DNA of 64,000 nucleotides from Candidatus Obscuribacterales bacterium (GCA_965228855.1 CBDDIJ010000005.1:1216001-1280000), one strand, 5' to 3'; positions 20,161 to 29,914 are shown, numbered from the stretch's first letter. The notes: generated by a model from the letters alone, not told the origin. Numbers and translations are program-made.

Positions 20161-21864
20161 ATGTTCGGCGGCAACAAACCCCAAAGTGGTCCTGGTCACG
20201 CACAACAAAAAACGGTTCGTCTGCCAAAACAGATGGCGATCCCGAGTTACGGCGACGTCCAGTTTCTGATGCAGGAAGCGCAGAAAATGGCAGGGCGCAT
20301 TGTTGAGCTTCCCTTTTCGAGCGCTGACAAGAAAACTGATTTCGTATTGTCCGTTCGATATGAGCCACGCGAAATAGATCCCGACCAGTCGATGGATCCG
20401 GAATGGCTTCTCTGGCAGTATTCAGGTGGTCCCGGCAAGATCATGTGGAAGCACCCCTGCCGCGACTTGAGTTTGATTTGTAATTTAATTTTGCAGGCTG
20501 GTGGCGGCGACGCGCTTCAAGACGTAATCCCGTCCAGTGCCATGATGACCGCCGGCGGAACCGGTGACACGCAGGCTAATTCGACGGGCGCATACAATCC
20601 GGTGGCCACGACGAGCGGTTTAGCACCTACGCGCATGACCCTCCCAGGTGCGCCGGCGATGCCGGACAACACCACCATCATGTTCGATCCCCCGAGATTG
20701 GGAGCCAAAGCCACTCTTGAAGGTGACCTGAATAAACTTCAGGTTCCAAACCTTTTGCAATCTATAAATCTGGCCAAGATGACAGGCCGACTCGATATTA
20801 AAACCAAAGTCGATGCCTGCCAGGTGTTTTTCCAGGAAGGAATTCCTCTGCACTGTCAGGTAGCTGACAACCAGGGCGACTCGGCGCTTGCTGAATTGAT
20901 AACCTGGACATCAGGTGAGTTTCGTTTCTGGCCGGACGAAAAAAACAACGACCGTACAGTCAACAAAAGGCTGGACGCTATTCTCATGGAAGGCGTCACG
21001 CTTCTCGACCAGTGGAAGTACCTGGAGACCGCAGGTCTCAAGCAAGAGTCCTGCCTGGTTCGCAAAAATGCGATGATGTCCGAGCAAGAGCTGAGCGCAC
21101 GTCTCGAGAAAGGCGCGCCACTGCCGCTTGAACAACAAATTGAATTCTATGACATGGTCGACAATCGCAACACGCTCTCCGACCTGTTGCGCAAACGCCC
21201 AATGCAAAAGACGCAGTGGGTGCCACTTTTGTTTAACCTGGTCAGCTGCGGTCTCGTCCAGATCACAGACCAGGCGCCGACCCAAAACCGCCTGGCGCGA
21301 CTGAAGTCGATCGGCGTCGATGAGAACCAATTCCAGAGCGTAATTAAAACTCTTACTCGCTCGGAAACAGGAATCTTCAACTACTACGCTTTCATCTATT
21401 TCCTCGAGCAGGAATATCTGCGATACGAGTATTTCAACTTGCCGTTCTCGCTGATTGTTTTCAGCCTTGGAATTCGCAAGGGTGGAGATGATAGCCCGGT
21501 TGTCGAAGCTCTGCAAATGATTGCTATCCGACGGGCCATGCAACGGATTGGCCTGGTCAAACGGCAAATCGATACGCTCGGTCATTATGAGACTTTTGAT
21601 TATGCGCTACTGTTGCCAAACACAAACGCCGCAGCTGCAGCAGCTCTTGCAAATAGAATCAGCGACGTACTACGAGAAGCACCATTATCATCCGATATGG
21701 ACTCCCGAGCTCTGGCACTCGCTTTTGGCGTAGCCACCGTTCCAGAGGACTCGGTTGACCTGGACCGCCTGATTCAAGCAGCAAAACGCGCGCGAGACGA
21801 AGCGAAAAACGGCAAACGCCGTGTGGTGCTCGCTCGCGACCTAGCCCTGCCGAAAGATCAGTAA
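20161..21864 (+). CDS. DUF4388 (PatA-N-like) domain + degenerate GGDEF domain protein
   Basis: LEGDLNKLQVPNLLQSINLAKMTGRL...W.SGEFRF (DUF4388). C-terminal GGDEF fold with HYETFDY at the signature position. Confidence 0.75.
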   Translation: MFGGNKPQSGPGHAQQKTVRLPKQMAIPSYGDVQFLMQEAQKMAGRIVELPFSSADKKTDFVLSVRYEPREIDPDQSMDPEWLLWQYSGGPGKIMWKHPCRDLSLICNLILQAGGGDALQDVIPSSAMMTAGGTGDTQANSTGAYNPVATTSGLAPTRMTLPGAPAMPDNTTIMFDPPRLGAKATLEGDLNKLQVPNLLQSINLAKMTGRLDIKTKVDACQVFFQEGIPLHCQVADNQGDSALAELITWTSGEFRFWPDEKNNDRTVNKRLDAILMEGVTLLDQWKYLETAGLKQESCLVRKNAMMSEQELSARLEKGAPLPLEQQIEFYDMVDNRNTLSDLLRKRPMQKTQWVPLLFNLVSCGLVQITDQAPTQNRLARLKSIGVDENQFQSVIKTLTRSETGIFNYYAFIYFLEQEYLRYEYFNLPFSLIVFSLGIRKGGDDSPVVEALQMIAIRRAMQRIGLVKRQIDTLGHYETFDYALLLPNTNAAAAAALANRISDVLREAPLSSDMDSRALALAFGVATVPEDSVDLDRLIQAAKRARDEAKNGKRRVVLARDLALPKDQ

Positions 21865-22092
21865 TTTAAAAGAGACCGAGCACAGAATGCAACCGCTGTG
21901 AGCATTCGCAGGCGGAGCAGTGGATTTTTGTTTCTACTGAGCCAGAATGGTTTTGATAAATTCCGAAAGGCTGATTGGTGCGGCATCCCCAGAGATTAAA
22001 TGTCCTTGACATCGAAACTGATTCAACTAATATAGGAGTTGCAGTTTATGTGCCTCGTTTAATCTTTGACCACATCGCTCTAATACTCGGGA

Positions 22093-23322
22093 ATGGCATT
22101 TTTTAACCACAACCATTCCGGCAGCTGGCCCGAAGTCGGACTCACTGGACCAAATCTAGATAGCACCGCTGGTTCTTCAACCGAATCGCTCAGCTGGACG
22201 GACATACAAAGAGCACTTGATCCAGCATCAAGTCTCAATAAGCTTGACTCCGCCTCAAGCTTGAATGCCATGAATTACGGCAAAGGCGCCTTCGCGCGTT
22301 CCGGAGCCGACTTCCCGAATAATAACTATGATGGCAAGACTGACGCGACACCTGCCGTTCCTTCACTCGGTATCCAGGAATCGCCCACACGCATGCACTC
22401 AAATGACATAACCACTCAATACGGAGAGGGACTCGGTCTCGCTCCAGCCGGCGTTTCGCCCTTCCGCGGGATCGTCGACCAAAATGATTTTTTCAACAGC
22501 GGAAGAAACAAATCAGCTGAACTACGGAGCACCGAAGTCCTGACCGGCGACAATCGGCGGGAAATTGCGATGGATTCAAGCCTGGCTCCTCAACCGGTTC
22601 TTGAAGGACCGGCACGCGTAGTTCTGCCACGACTCAACTCATCGCTTTTACGCGTCATCGGCAATATGCAGAAGCAAAACGCCGACGGAGCTCAACGTGA
22701 GTTGCCGAAAGCATTGACTAATGCCAACGAAACGCCGGACGCTAAACTGGCGATCGGACTGGCGATCGCTCCCGGCGCAGAAGTGCATGACAAGGCACTC
22801 GTAGCCCGAGCAAAGGTTCGCCTGGAGCCGTCCGTCAGGCACGACGCCGAACCGAAGGCGGACGTCGCCGAGGGCAAGCTCAATGCGGAAGAAACAGTTC
22901 AGGCTCGCATCGAGCAGGAAGAAACCAGACCGCTCGCCGACCCTTTCCGGCACGTCTTCGAGCAGCATGCCAAGATCGCAGAAAAGTTCGACGGCAGCAA
23001 TTGCAAGTACGGACGCACCACGCTTCTTCCTGACGGACGCACCGTGACGAGTTCGACAGCATCGGACAATACAACCCTCACCAAAACGACCGGCGAGAAT
23101 GGCGCCAATTCAATGGTTGTGCACGATCGGTATCGCAGACCGACCACCGAGCAGGAGACTATGCCTGACGGAACATGGAAGTTCTCAGAACTCTCCTATG
23201 ATGATTCCAAAGGTATCAAGCCATTCTGCTCGCAAAAGATAACGGTAAATTCCGACGGCACGATGGAACTCTCCAAGTACAACAAAATCGGACAACTCGC
23301 ATCCAAGCAGATATTCGCCTGA
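22093..23322 (+). CDS. Hypothetical protein (low-complexity N-terminus, beta-rich C-terminus)
   Basis: 409-aa ORF with no recognised motif. Confidence 0.65.
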   Translation: MAFFNHNHSGSWPEVGLTGPNLDSTAGSSTESLSWTDIQRALDPASSLNKLDSASSLNAMNYGKGAFARSGADFPNNNYDGKTDATPAVPSLGIQESPTRMHSNDITTQYGEGLGLAPAGVSPFRGIVDQNDFFNSGRNKSAELRSTEVLTGDNRREIAMDSSLAPQPVLEGPARVVLPRLNSSLLRVIGNMQKQNADGAQRELPKALTNANETPDAKLAIGLAIAPGAEVHDKALVARAKVRLEPSVRHDAEPKADVAEGKLNAEETVQARIEQEETRPLADPFRHVFEQHAKIAEKFDGSNCKYGRTTLLPDGRTVTSSTASDNTTLTKTTGENGANSMVVHDRYRRPTTEQETMPDGTWKFSELSYDDSKGIKPFCSQKITVNSDGTMELSKYNKIGQLASKQIFA

Positions 23323-23513
23323 CGCTCCTTAGCTGAAAACATCGCCGCGTGCCGTTCCTGAACTGGGCGCGGGATCAGAAAACTTGATGCAAGTTCGTGA
23401 TTACAAGTGCATCGGCGCGATTCGCATCGGTTAAGATAACTGCGCGCGGGAATCTTGTTCACGCGCGTAGTTACGCGTCGAATTAAACTAAAACTTCAAC
23501 AGGTCCGATAACG

Positions 23514-24062
23514 ATGACCTCTAATCACAGTTGTAAAGCCAATGCAACGACAATTTCGCTTGTCCGCGGCGACATCACCAGACAGGAAGTGGACGCAATC
23601 GTAAACGCGGCCAACTCCGGTCTTATGGGAGGCGGCGGCGTTGACGGCGCCATCCACCGCGCCGGCGGACCGGACATCCTCAAAGAATGCAAAGAAATCG
23701 TCGCAGTCCAGGGTAAGTGTCCGGCGGGGCAGGCTGTAATCACAGGTGGTGGCAAGCTGCCTGCGAAGTACGTTATCCATGCGGTCGGTCCTATCTGGCG
23801 TGGCGGCAGTAGCAGCGAAGAAGAGAAACTGGCAAGCGCGTACCGAGAATGCCTCAAGCTGGCAGTTCAATATGAAGCTAAAACTGTCGCCTTTCCGTCA
23901 ATTTCGACCGGCGCCTATGGTTTTCCTACTGATAAAGCTTCTCAGATTGCAATCTCCGAAGCGCGGGAGTTCTGCGCGGGGAATAACAATTTAGAGGAGA
24001 TCAGATTCGTCCTCTTTGACGAACGCACATATGATTTTTTCAAAAGTGCGTTGGATCAATGA
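23514..24062 (+). CDS. ymdB: Macrodomain O-acetyl-ADP-ribose deacetylase (YmdB-like)
   Basis: GDIT, AIVNAAN, GGGGVDGAIH, VIHAVGP, FPSISTGAYGFP. Confidence 0.92.
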   Translation: MTSNHSCKANATTISLVRGDITRQEVDAIVNAANSGLMGGGGVDGAIHRAGGPDILKECKEIVAVQGKCPAGQAVITGGGKLPAKYVIHAVGPIWRGGSSSEEEKLASAYRECLKLAVQYEAKTVAFPSISTGAYGFPTDKASQIAISEAREFCAGNNNLEEIRFVLFDERTYDFFKSALDQ

Positions 24063-24181
24063 AAAGTATCGCGTTCGGGGCACAACCAAATGTGTGTGCG
24101 TTTTTTGACTCGAAGCTAGTCGACGGGTCAATCGGAATCCATTTTTAGCCAGGCTGGGCTGGGGAGCATTTGTAAGAGCTA

Positions 24182-27100
24182 GTGTCGTCATCTATCTTTC
24201 GAAGATTTTCGAGTAGCGCCAGGCTTGGTGACCTTTTGGTGCAGGCAGGCATTCTGACGCCTGCGCAGTTGCAGGAGGCGATGCGTTCATCGCGTTCGAA
24301 GAAGCTGCAAATCGGTCAAGTACTGGTAATGTCGGGCTATATGACCGCCCGCGACCTGCAGATTGTGCTTGAAGCGCAATCCATGTTGCGAGACCGTACT
24401 ATCGACCTCAACCTCGCTATTCAATGTATAAAAGTCGCCCGCAAAATCGGCGGTAATTTCTCGGATGTACTCGAGGATTACGACCAGAACGCCGCTCAGC
24501 GAGCGCGAACCGGCAAGCTCGGAGAGCTGCTGTTCGAAGCTGGTCTGGTAAGCGAAGAAGATTTATCAGAAGCGATGGAACGCAGTGTCAACACGGGCAT
24601 GCCCCTGGGGAGGATGCTTGTTTTAAACCGCATATTGCCCAGCGAAGTTCTTCAAAAAGCGCTTGAAGTACAAGTTCGTCTGCGCGATGAAGTTGTTTCA
24701 CGAGAAGAAGCAATACTGGAGTTACGTCAGGCAGCCGGTCTCGAAGGTGCACCTGCCGAACAACCCAAAGCCGAAGAGAAGAAAAAACCGCTTGTGCGGC
24801 TCGGCGAACTTCTGGTTATGGCAGGCATTCTGACTGAAACCGACGTCATGGATGCGCTTGAATGGGGGCTTGCCAATCAACAGCCGATTGGAGTCGTCCT
24901 GGTTTCGCAGGAGCTTATTTCGAAGGAACTTCTGGACGCAGCGTTGTTTTTCCAGGAAGCTGTTCGCGACGGAAAAATCGACGCTATGAAAGCGTGCGAA
25001 CTGTTGTCGGAAGTTTTCTCTACCGGTGTCAGCCCTGAAGAAGCTCTAGCCGAGGCGGCTCCCAGCAACAAACGCGAAGAACCGGAAGTTCCGCCTATTA
25101 CATATCAGCAATTGCTCACACTCTCGCGTGTTTGCACTGATGAAGATATTGAAAGCGCTTTTGAGTTGAAACGACACGGCGCCGCCCTGATTGGAAAAGT
25201 GCTGGTACTGACGGGCTTAATGGATGTGCCAACACTTCAAGCTACGCTGCGATGCTATCAAATGGTCGCGAAAGGTTGGCTCAATCCTGACGATGCAATT
25301 GCAACGCTCGATTACTGCCTTCACAAGGGTGACCAGATCATTTCATTCGAGCAAGGCTTGCGCGATCTGAAGTGGACGCCGGAAAGCGGGCTCAAGATGC
25401 GTGGCGAAGCCGGCACCGAAAGTAGTACCACTACGCCGAAAGTCTCCGAATCGAAAGCTCAAACCCCTGAAGAAAAGGAAGCCGCTCGCAAGGCGCTCAA
25501 AGAGTCGATTCGCAAAGTCACTGCTGAGGCACTGGGAGAGAGCGCATTGAGTCCAGCATCACCGGCGGAAGCGACAGTAGAAGAGCCGGCTCTCGCAGAT
25601 TCAGATGAAGACGATGATGATGACGAAGAATTCGTTCTGACAAATGTTTTGGAAAGAACGCTCGCCGAATCCGAGGCCGCCTCAAACGATCAGGTAGAAC
25701 AGGCAGAGTCAAAAGCCGCTGGTAAAGCGGCGGCAGAAAAAGCGGCAGCAAGCCTCTCGGAAAAGATTGCGGCGGAACGAGAACGCTCAGAAGCAGCTCA
25801 AGAGTCGGTAGCCGCGAAGAAGTCCGTCGAACCCTCCGCGGCTAAGTCAAAAAGAGGTAAGGACGCGGAGCATGCAGAAGCCGATGCAGAGCCGAAGTCT
25901 GATTTAGGCGCTCCAGCCGAAAGTAAAGCTGAAGCAGAATCGCAGCCGGCGGACGAAGACGACGCAAACGCTAAACCGACTCAAGAAGATAACGCAGACG
26001 AAGACGACGCTAAAGCTGCTGACGATGCTAAAGCCGCAGAAGAAGCCAAAGCTGCGGAAGAATCAAAATTGGCCGAAGAAGCCAGAGCTAAAGAAGAGGC
26101 CAAAGCTGCCGAAGAGGCCAGAGCTGCTGAAGAAGCCAGAGCTGCTGAAGAAGCCAGAGCTGCTGAAGAAGCCAGAGCCGCTGAAGAAGCCAGAGCCGCT
26201 GAAGAAGCCAGAGCCGCTGAAGAAGCCAAAGCTGCTGAAGAAGCTAAAGCAGCTGAAGAAGCTAAAGCAGCTGAAGAAGCTAAAGCTGCAACCGCTGCTA
26301 GCGAGGCCAAGGCAGCAGAGGAGGCTAAAGCGGCAGCCGAGCAAGCGGCTGCTGAGAAAGCAGCCGCCGAGAAAGCACCCTCAGAAGCTTCCTCTTCGCC
26401 AGAACCGGCTTCGGAGCTCGCTCCTGCAGCTAAATCAAGTCGCAAGAAGATGCCGGTTGACATGGATGAAGATGACGATAACGACACCAGAGTCGTCGCT
26501 TCCAGCGAACCATCATTGGCACGAGCATTAAACTCGTTATTTGACAACGGCTTCGACGATGATGAACCACCACTCTCATCGAACAACGACAAACTCACCG
26601 AGCCGCAAGAACGTGAAGCGGCCGAGCCTGCAGAAGAAAACTCTGCTGGTGGCCTCAAAAATCTCCTCCGAGGATTGATCGGTGACGAAGAAGACGACGA
26701 AGAACCCGCTGAGAAGCCGGCGGAAACCGCCAAAGCAGAAGTTTTTGCCGGCAGTACTGCCGCTAAAAAGGCAGCGAACGCAGCATCAAGTGGTAGCGCC
26801 GGTGGTTCTTCCGGCAAAGAAGTAATCGCAAAATCAGACGATGCCGAACCAACATCGACTAACGGCGAGTCCAAGCCGGATTCAGAGCTCAGTGAGATCG
26901 AGCGCGCAGAAGTGAAACTGGAAGAGACTGAGGCGAAAAATGACGCGATAAAAGATGAGGCGGACTCGGCAGAACCTGTAACCGAGCCGACCCCGGACGA
27001 AGTTGCAATTGAAGATATTGCAAAACTGTCCGCAGAACAGCTCCTCGTCGAAATCATGAAAACGGCCCAAAATCCGGAAATCAAAGTCACGTCCAAACGC

Positions 27101-27733
27101 GGCGGCAGATTCTCAGAAACAATCCTGCCCGAAGACGCCAAGGCAAGACAGCTGGCTAAGCTCGTCGGTAAGGAAGCCTCAAAAGATCTTGCTGAAAAAC
27201 TATCATTCGACCAGGCAGGTGAAAAGAGTGAAGAACCAGTAGACACCGCATTCGGACGCCTGGCTGAGACTTACTTTGAACAGGGCAACTACAAGGAAGC
27301 TCAAGTCATTTACGAACGTATGCTCGTCAACCGGCTCAACGAGCTGGGTCCAGACAACCCGGCCCTCGTCGAAGACTACAATAACCTGGCGATGACGCTT
27401 TGTGTTCAGGGTCGCTTTGATAAAGCGGAGCCGTTCATGAAACGAGCTGTCCACCTGTACGAAAGCGCCCCAACCCAAGATCAGATAGAGTTTGCAGACT
27501 ACCTGCACTCACTCGGCACCATCGAATATAAGCTTGAAAAACACAAAGATGCCGAAGAAATAATGCTACGCGTTGTGAGTATCCGACGAGAATCTCTGGA
27601 AGAGGATCACGAGGACATCGGCCGCGCACTGGCAGATTACGCCAAAGTTTTGAAAAAGCTCGGCAAAGACGAATCGGCTGAGTCCATATACAAAAAGGCT
27701 CGCGAAATTTTAAAGAAGCACCGCGATAAGTGA
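24182..27733 (+). CDS. Tandem MshEN-like (c-di-GMP-binding) domains + acidic/Ala-rich linker + C-terminal TPR domain
   Basis: RLGDLLVQAGIL, KLGELLFEAGLV, RLGELLVMAGIL, each paired with a second xLGxxLV...Q half-motif. Kinesin-light-chain-type TPRs at the C-terminus. Confidence 0.8.
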   Translation: MSSSIFRRFSSSARLGDLLVQAGILTPAQLQEAMRSSRSKKLQIGQVLVMSGYMTARDLQIVLEAQSMLRDRTIDLNLAIQCIKVARKIGGNFSDVLEDYDQNAAQRARTGKLGELLFEAGLVSEEDLSEAMERSVNTGMPLGRMLVLNRILPSEVLQKALEVQVRLRDEVVSREEAILELRQAAGLEGAPAEQPKAEEKKKPLVRLGELLVMAGILTETDVMDALEWGLANQQPIGVVLVSQELISKELLDAALFFQEAVRDGKIDAMKACELLSEVFSTGVSPEEALAEAAPSNKREEPEVPPITYQQLLTLSRVCTDEDIESAFELKRHGAALIGKVLVLTGLMDVPTLQATLRCYQMVAKGWLNPDDAIATLDYCLHKGDQIISFEQGLRDLKWTPESGLKMRGEAGTESSTTTPKVSESKAQTPEEKEAARKALKESIRKVTAEALGESALSPASPAEATVEEPALADSDEDDDDDEEFVLTNVLERTLAESEAASNDQVEQAESKAAGKAAAEKAAASLSEKIAAERERSEAAQESVAAKKSVEPSAAKSKRGKDAEHAEADAEPKSDLGAPAESKAEAESQPADEDDANAKPTQEDNADEDDAKAADDAKAAEEAKAAEESKLAEEARAKEEAKAAEEARAAEEARAAEEARAAEEARAAEEARAAEEARAAEEAKAAEEAKAAEEAKAAEEAKAATAASEAKAAEEAKAAAEQAAAEKAAAEKAPSEASSSPEPASELAPAAKSSRKKMPVDMDEDDDNDTRVVASSEPSLARALNSLFDNGFDDDEPPLSSNNDKLTEPQEREAAEPAEENSAGGLKNLLRGLIGDEEDDEEPAEKPAETAKAEVFAGSTAAKKAANAASSGSAGGSSGKEVIAKSDDAEPTSTNGESKPDSELSEIERAEVKLEETEAKNDAIKDEADSAEPVTEPTPDEVAIEDIAKLSAEQLLVEIMKTAQNPEIKVTSKRGGRFSETILPEDAKARQLAKLVGKEASKDLAEKLSFDQAGEKSEEPVDTAFGRLAETYFEQGNYKEAQVIYERMLVNRLNELGPDNPALVEDYNNLAMTLCVQGRFDKAEPFMKRAVHLYESAPTQDQIEFADYLHSLGTIEYKLEKHKDAEEIMLRVVSIRRESLEEDHEDIGRALADYAKVLKKLGKDESAESIYKKAREILKKHRDK
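26015..26284 (+). repeat. In-frame 18-bp tandem repeat encoding AAEEA(R/K)
   Basis: 10 near-perfect GCnGCnGAAGAAGCnA(G/A)A units at 26105-26284 (6x AAEEAR, 4x AAEEAK), plus 5 degenerate units upstream. Confidence 0.95.
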
Positions 27734-27997
27734 TGGGCTGTGGGTCTTAAGGTCGGAAACGGCAAGCCACTGAGTATCATCGCAATTTCGCTCTGCTTAA
27801 TAGGAAGCGTTCTATTGTTGGCAATCGCGATCGAAAAGATTCCTCTGGGCACAGCATATGCGGTCTGGACCGGCATCGGCATAATTGGTACATTCGTTGT
27901 CGGCTGTGTTTGGTTAAACGAACCGGTCAATGGAGCTAGAATCGCATGGGCTGCGGTGATAGCCATCGGTGTTATCGGAATGGAATTGAGCCACTAA
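27734..27997 (+). pseudogene. sugE: SMR family (SugE/Gdx-like) transporter lacking most of TM1
   Basis: WAVGLK...IPLGTAYAVWTGIG..GT...EP is typical SugE. The ~15 N-terminal residues, including the essential Glu, are absent. W begins immediately after the upstream TGA. Confidence 0.65.
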
Positions 27998-28626
27998 TGG
28001 AAAGAATTGAAAGATGGATAGCTGTTCGCGGTCGCCAATTTCGAGACATCAGGGAAGCACTACGCGCTAGCTCTGCCAGGCAACTTACTTCTCTCAAAGA
28101 ATACTTCGAGGAACGTTCAGACACCAGACGAAACGCGGCGGGAGCAGTCGTCGACGGGCGTGTATATGGCTTCCAGAACGACGACTGGTACATCTTGCTC
28201 ATGGGAAGAAACAACTGGCATTCAGTCGCCGGTGGCGATGCAGTCTCGCTCAGACTATCCGAAGAAAACGGTGAGGTCGTGAATACCGGTGTCGGACTCG
28301 ATTACGAGTGTAGCGATGCACGATTTTATCGCAACAACGAAAAACTCTGGTCGATAATTCACGATGCGAATAAGGGGCAATATCATCTTCAAACTTCAGG
28401 GAAGCTCCCTGATTGCTACGAGCGCATAAAAAATATCGTTCTAGATCCCTCACTTCCCGAACCACCGAAGGATGATTTCAGGTCGCTTGGACGAAAACAC
28501 GACCGTAAAAAATACAGAGAGAGCGCCGTTGAAGTTCCACTTCGCGTGAGCAGAGCGCTGACTGATTACACGTGGTCGATGGGAGTTACCGAGAACGACA
28601 TCATTCACTGTTTCGAACTCGGATAA
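27997..28626 (+). CDS. Hypothetical protein, ~209 aa
   Basis: ATG 27997 overlaps the SMR stop (TAATG). Globular composition. Confidence 0.65.
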   Translation: MERIERWIAVRGRQFRDIREALRASSARQLTSLKEYFEERSDTRRNAAGAVVDGRVYGFQNDDWYILLMGRNNWHSVAGGDAVSLRLSEENGEVVNTGVGLDYECSDARFYRNNEKLWSIIHDANKGQYHLQTSGKLPDCYERIKNIVLDPSLPEPPKDDFRSLGRKHDRKKYRESAVEVPLRVSRALTDYTWSMGVTENDIIHCFELG

Positions 28627-28809
28627 CAGAACGGCTTCGAATAGCAGAAAGCAGCTTGGATATGCTCGAGGATTTGCATCGATCTCGCCGTGATTCGTAA
28701 TGAATCTGCTCGCTTTCTCAATTGCCGTGAATTGAATTATCTTGTCAACGCGCTAATGGCGCGGCTTTGCGCATCGTCTGAATGGGTATCACCATAATGG
28801 GGGAGGATG

Positions 28810-28827
28810 ATCACCCTCTAGGGTGAT
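28810..28827. promoter_or_regulatory. Palindromic putative operator ATCACCCT-ct-AGGGTGAT
   Basis: 8-2-8 perfect inverted repeat in the long non-coding region upstream of the Rhs locus. Confidence 0.4.
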
Positions 28828-29295
28828 AGTGCTTAATTGCGCTAACTGAAGTTTGAAAAAAATGAGCATTCATGCGTTATTTCACAGATCGAATCATTTC
28901 CGGCTGAAATGAGACTCACGGAAAGGGACGGCAAAAGCCGCTTTCGCAAGCCGCACATCGCAAGACGGCTACGCTGTGCGCTAATCCTTAGATAGAGCGA
29001 AAAAAATTTCTCAATCGGCGGCAAAAAGTCAGGACGAGCTCAGGGTTCCGTCAACGAAACGACGCGGACAGTTTCACCGTGCAAACATGGGCGTTTCGCG
29101 CGTCTTCCAGAATTAGAATCGCGAATCCCAGCCGGTAGCACGGGGTTTAGTAATCTTTCGTTACCTGAATAGCATCCGAGGGCGCCAATTCGTAAAGGTC
29201 AAGTTGCTCAATTCCCGACCGCTATACAGGAGCCAGCGCACCTCAGATACAAGTTTCCTGCCCACTTTCTCAACCGGAATAAACCAGTTATAAGA

Positions 29296-29323
29296 CATCG
29301 AGAACGCAATACAATTCTCGATG
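29296..29323 (+). promoter_or_regulatory. 9-10-9 inverted repeat overlapping a TACAAT -10 hexamer
   Basis: CATCGAGAA-cgcaatacaa-TTCTCGATG, with TACAAT at 29310-29315, ~200 nt before the mini-YD gene. Confidence 0.4.
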
Positions 29324-29513
29324 ATACTACTACTGGTATCACACCGCGCAGATGTGACGGTGGAGACCTGGAACTATCTGATCAGTTACATCGCTGGATC
29401 GCTGCCTGTGTGCGATTCGAGAGTGAGCCCATACTGCGGCTCGCGCTAGGCAAAACACCTTTGCAAGCGCAGCTGCGCAACCCGATGCACCAAGCCAAAC
29501 AAGGAACGAAAAA

Positions 29514-29660
29514 ATGAGCGACTCCGCAACCTACGAGTACGACACAAGAGGTCGTCTCAAGAAGATCACCTACCTCAACGGTACGACCATCCAGTACAAC
29601 TATGACAACGCGGGCAACCGCACGTCCGTGGTGACGACCTGCAGCGGCAGCGGATGCTGA
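29514..29660 (+). CDS. Stand-alone mini YD/Rhs-repeat protein, 48 aa (MSDSATYEYDTRGRLKKITYLNGTTIQYNYDNAGNRTSVVTTCSGSGC)
   Basis: Two textbook YD repeats (YEYDxxGRL, YNYDxAGNRT), AAGGA RBS at 29501-29505, C-ending codon bias like the Rhs gene. Missed by the ORF track. Confidence 0.85.
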   Translation: MSDSATYEYDTRGRLKKITYLNGTTIQYNYDNAGNRTSVVTTCSGSGC

Positions 29661-29888
29661 GCTTGCTGGTACACCTGATGTTTGTTTAGTGACGTAATCG
29701 CCTCAGCGGTTTCGTCACACCATAGTAGTTGCTGCGATTTCAATACAGCTGTTTGGTCAGAACTTCAGTAATCGCTGAGGTCCTCCGCAGCTGTTGACGT
29801 TCGCGCTTAGCGGCGCGCAAATCAAAACATCCTCAACCGGCCGCTCGAAAAGTTCTCGAAGAAAATTCCTTATAGCGATTCGCGCCGA

Positions 29889-29914
29889 GCCGCATCCATT
29901 GAATTGGATGCGGC
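29889..29914 (+). terminator. Hairpin between mini-YD gene and Rhs (attenuator/processing site candidate)
   Basis: GCCGCATCCA-ttgaat-TGGATGCGGC 10-bp stem with a weak U-tail. Confidence 0.4.

Noticed and set aside
23514..24062. Macrodomain as anti-ADP-ribosyl immunity for the Rhs
   Set aside because: Typical housekeeping YmdB-like sequence more than 5 kb away, and the Rhs tip has no ART motif.
26015..26284. Tandem repeat considered as a CRISPR array
   Set aside because: Contiguous 18-bp coding units with no spacers and no cas genes.
25981..27246. 421-aa antisense ORF and alternative-frame LKKPE repeat ORF
   Set aside because: By-products of the in-frame 18-bp repeat.
28898..28980. GAAAGGGACGGCAAAAGCC resembling part of a c-di-GMP-I riboswitch
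   Set aside because: The upstream GGCAAA/P2 stem with GNRA loop could not be built. An Infernal scan would settle it.
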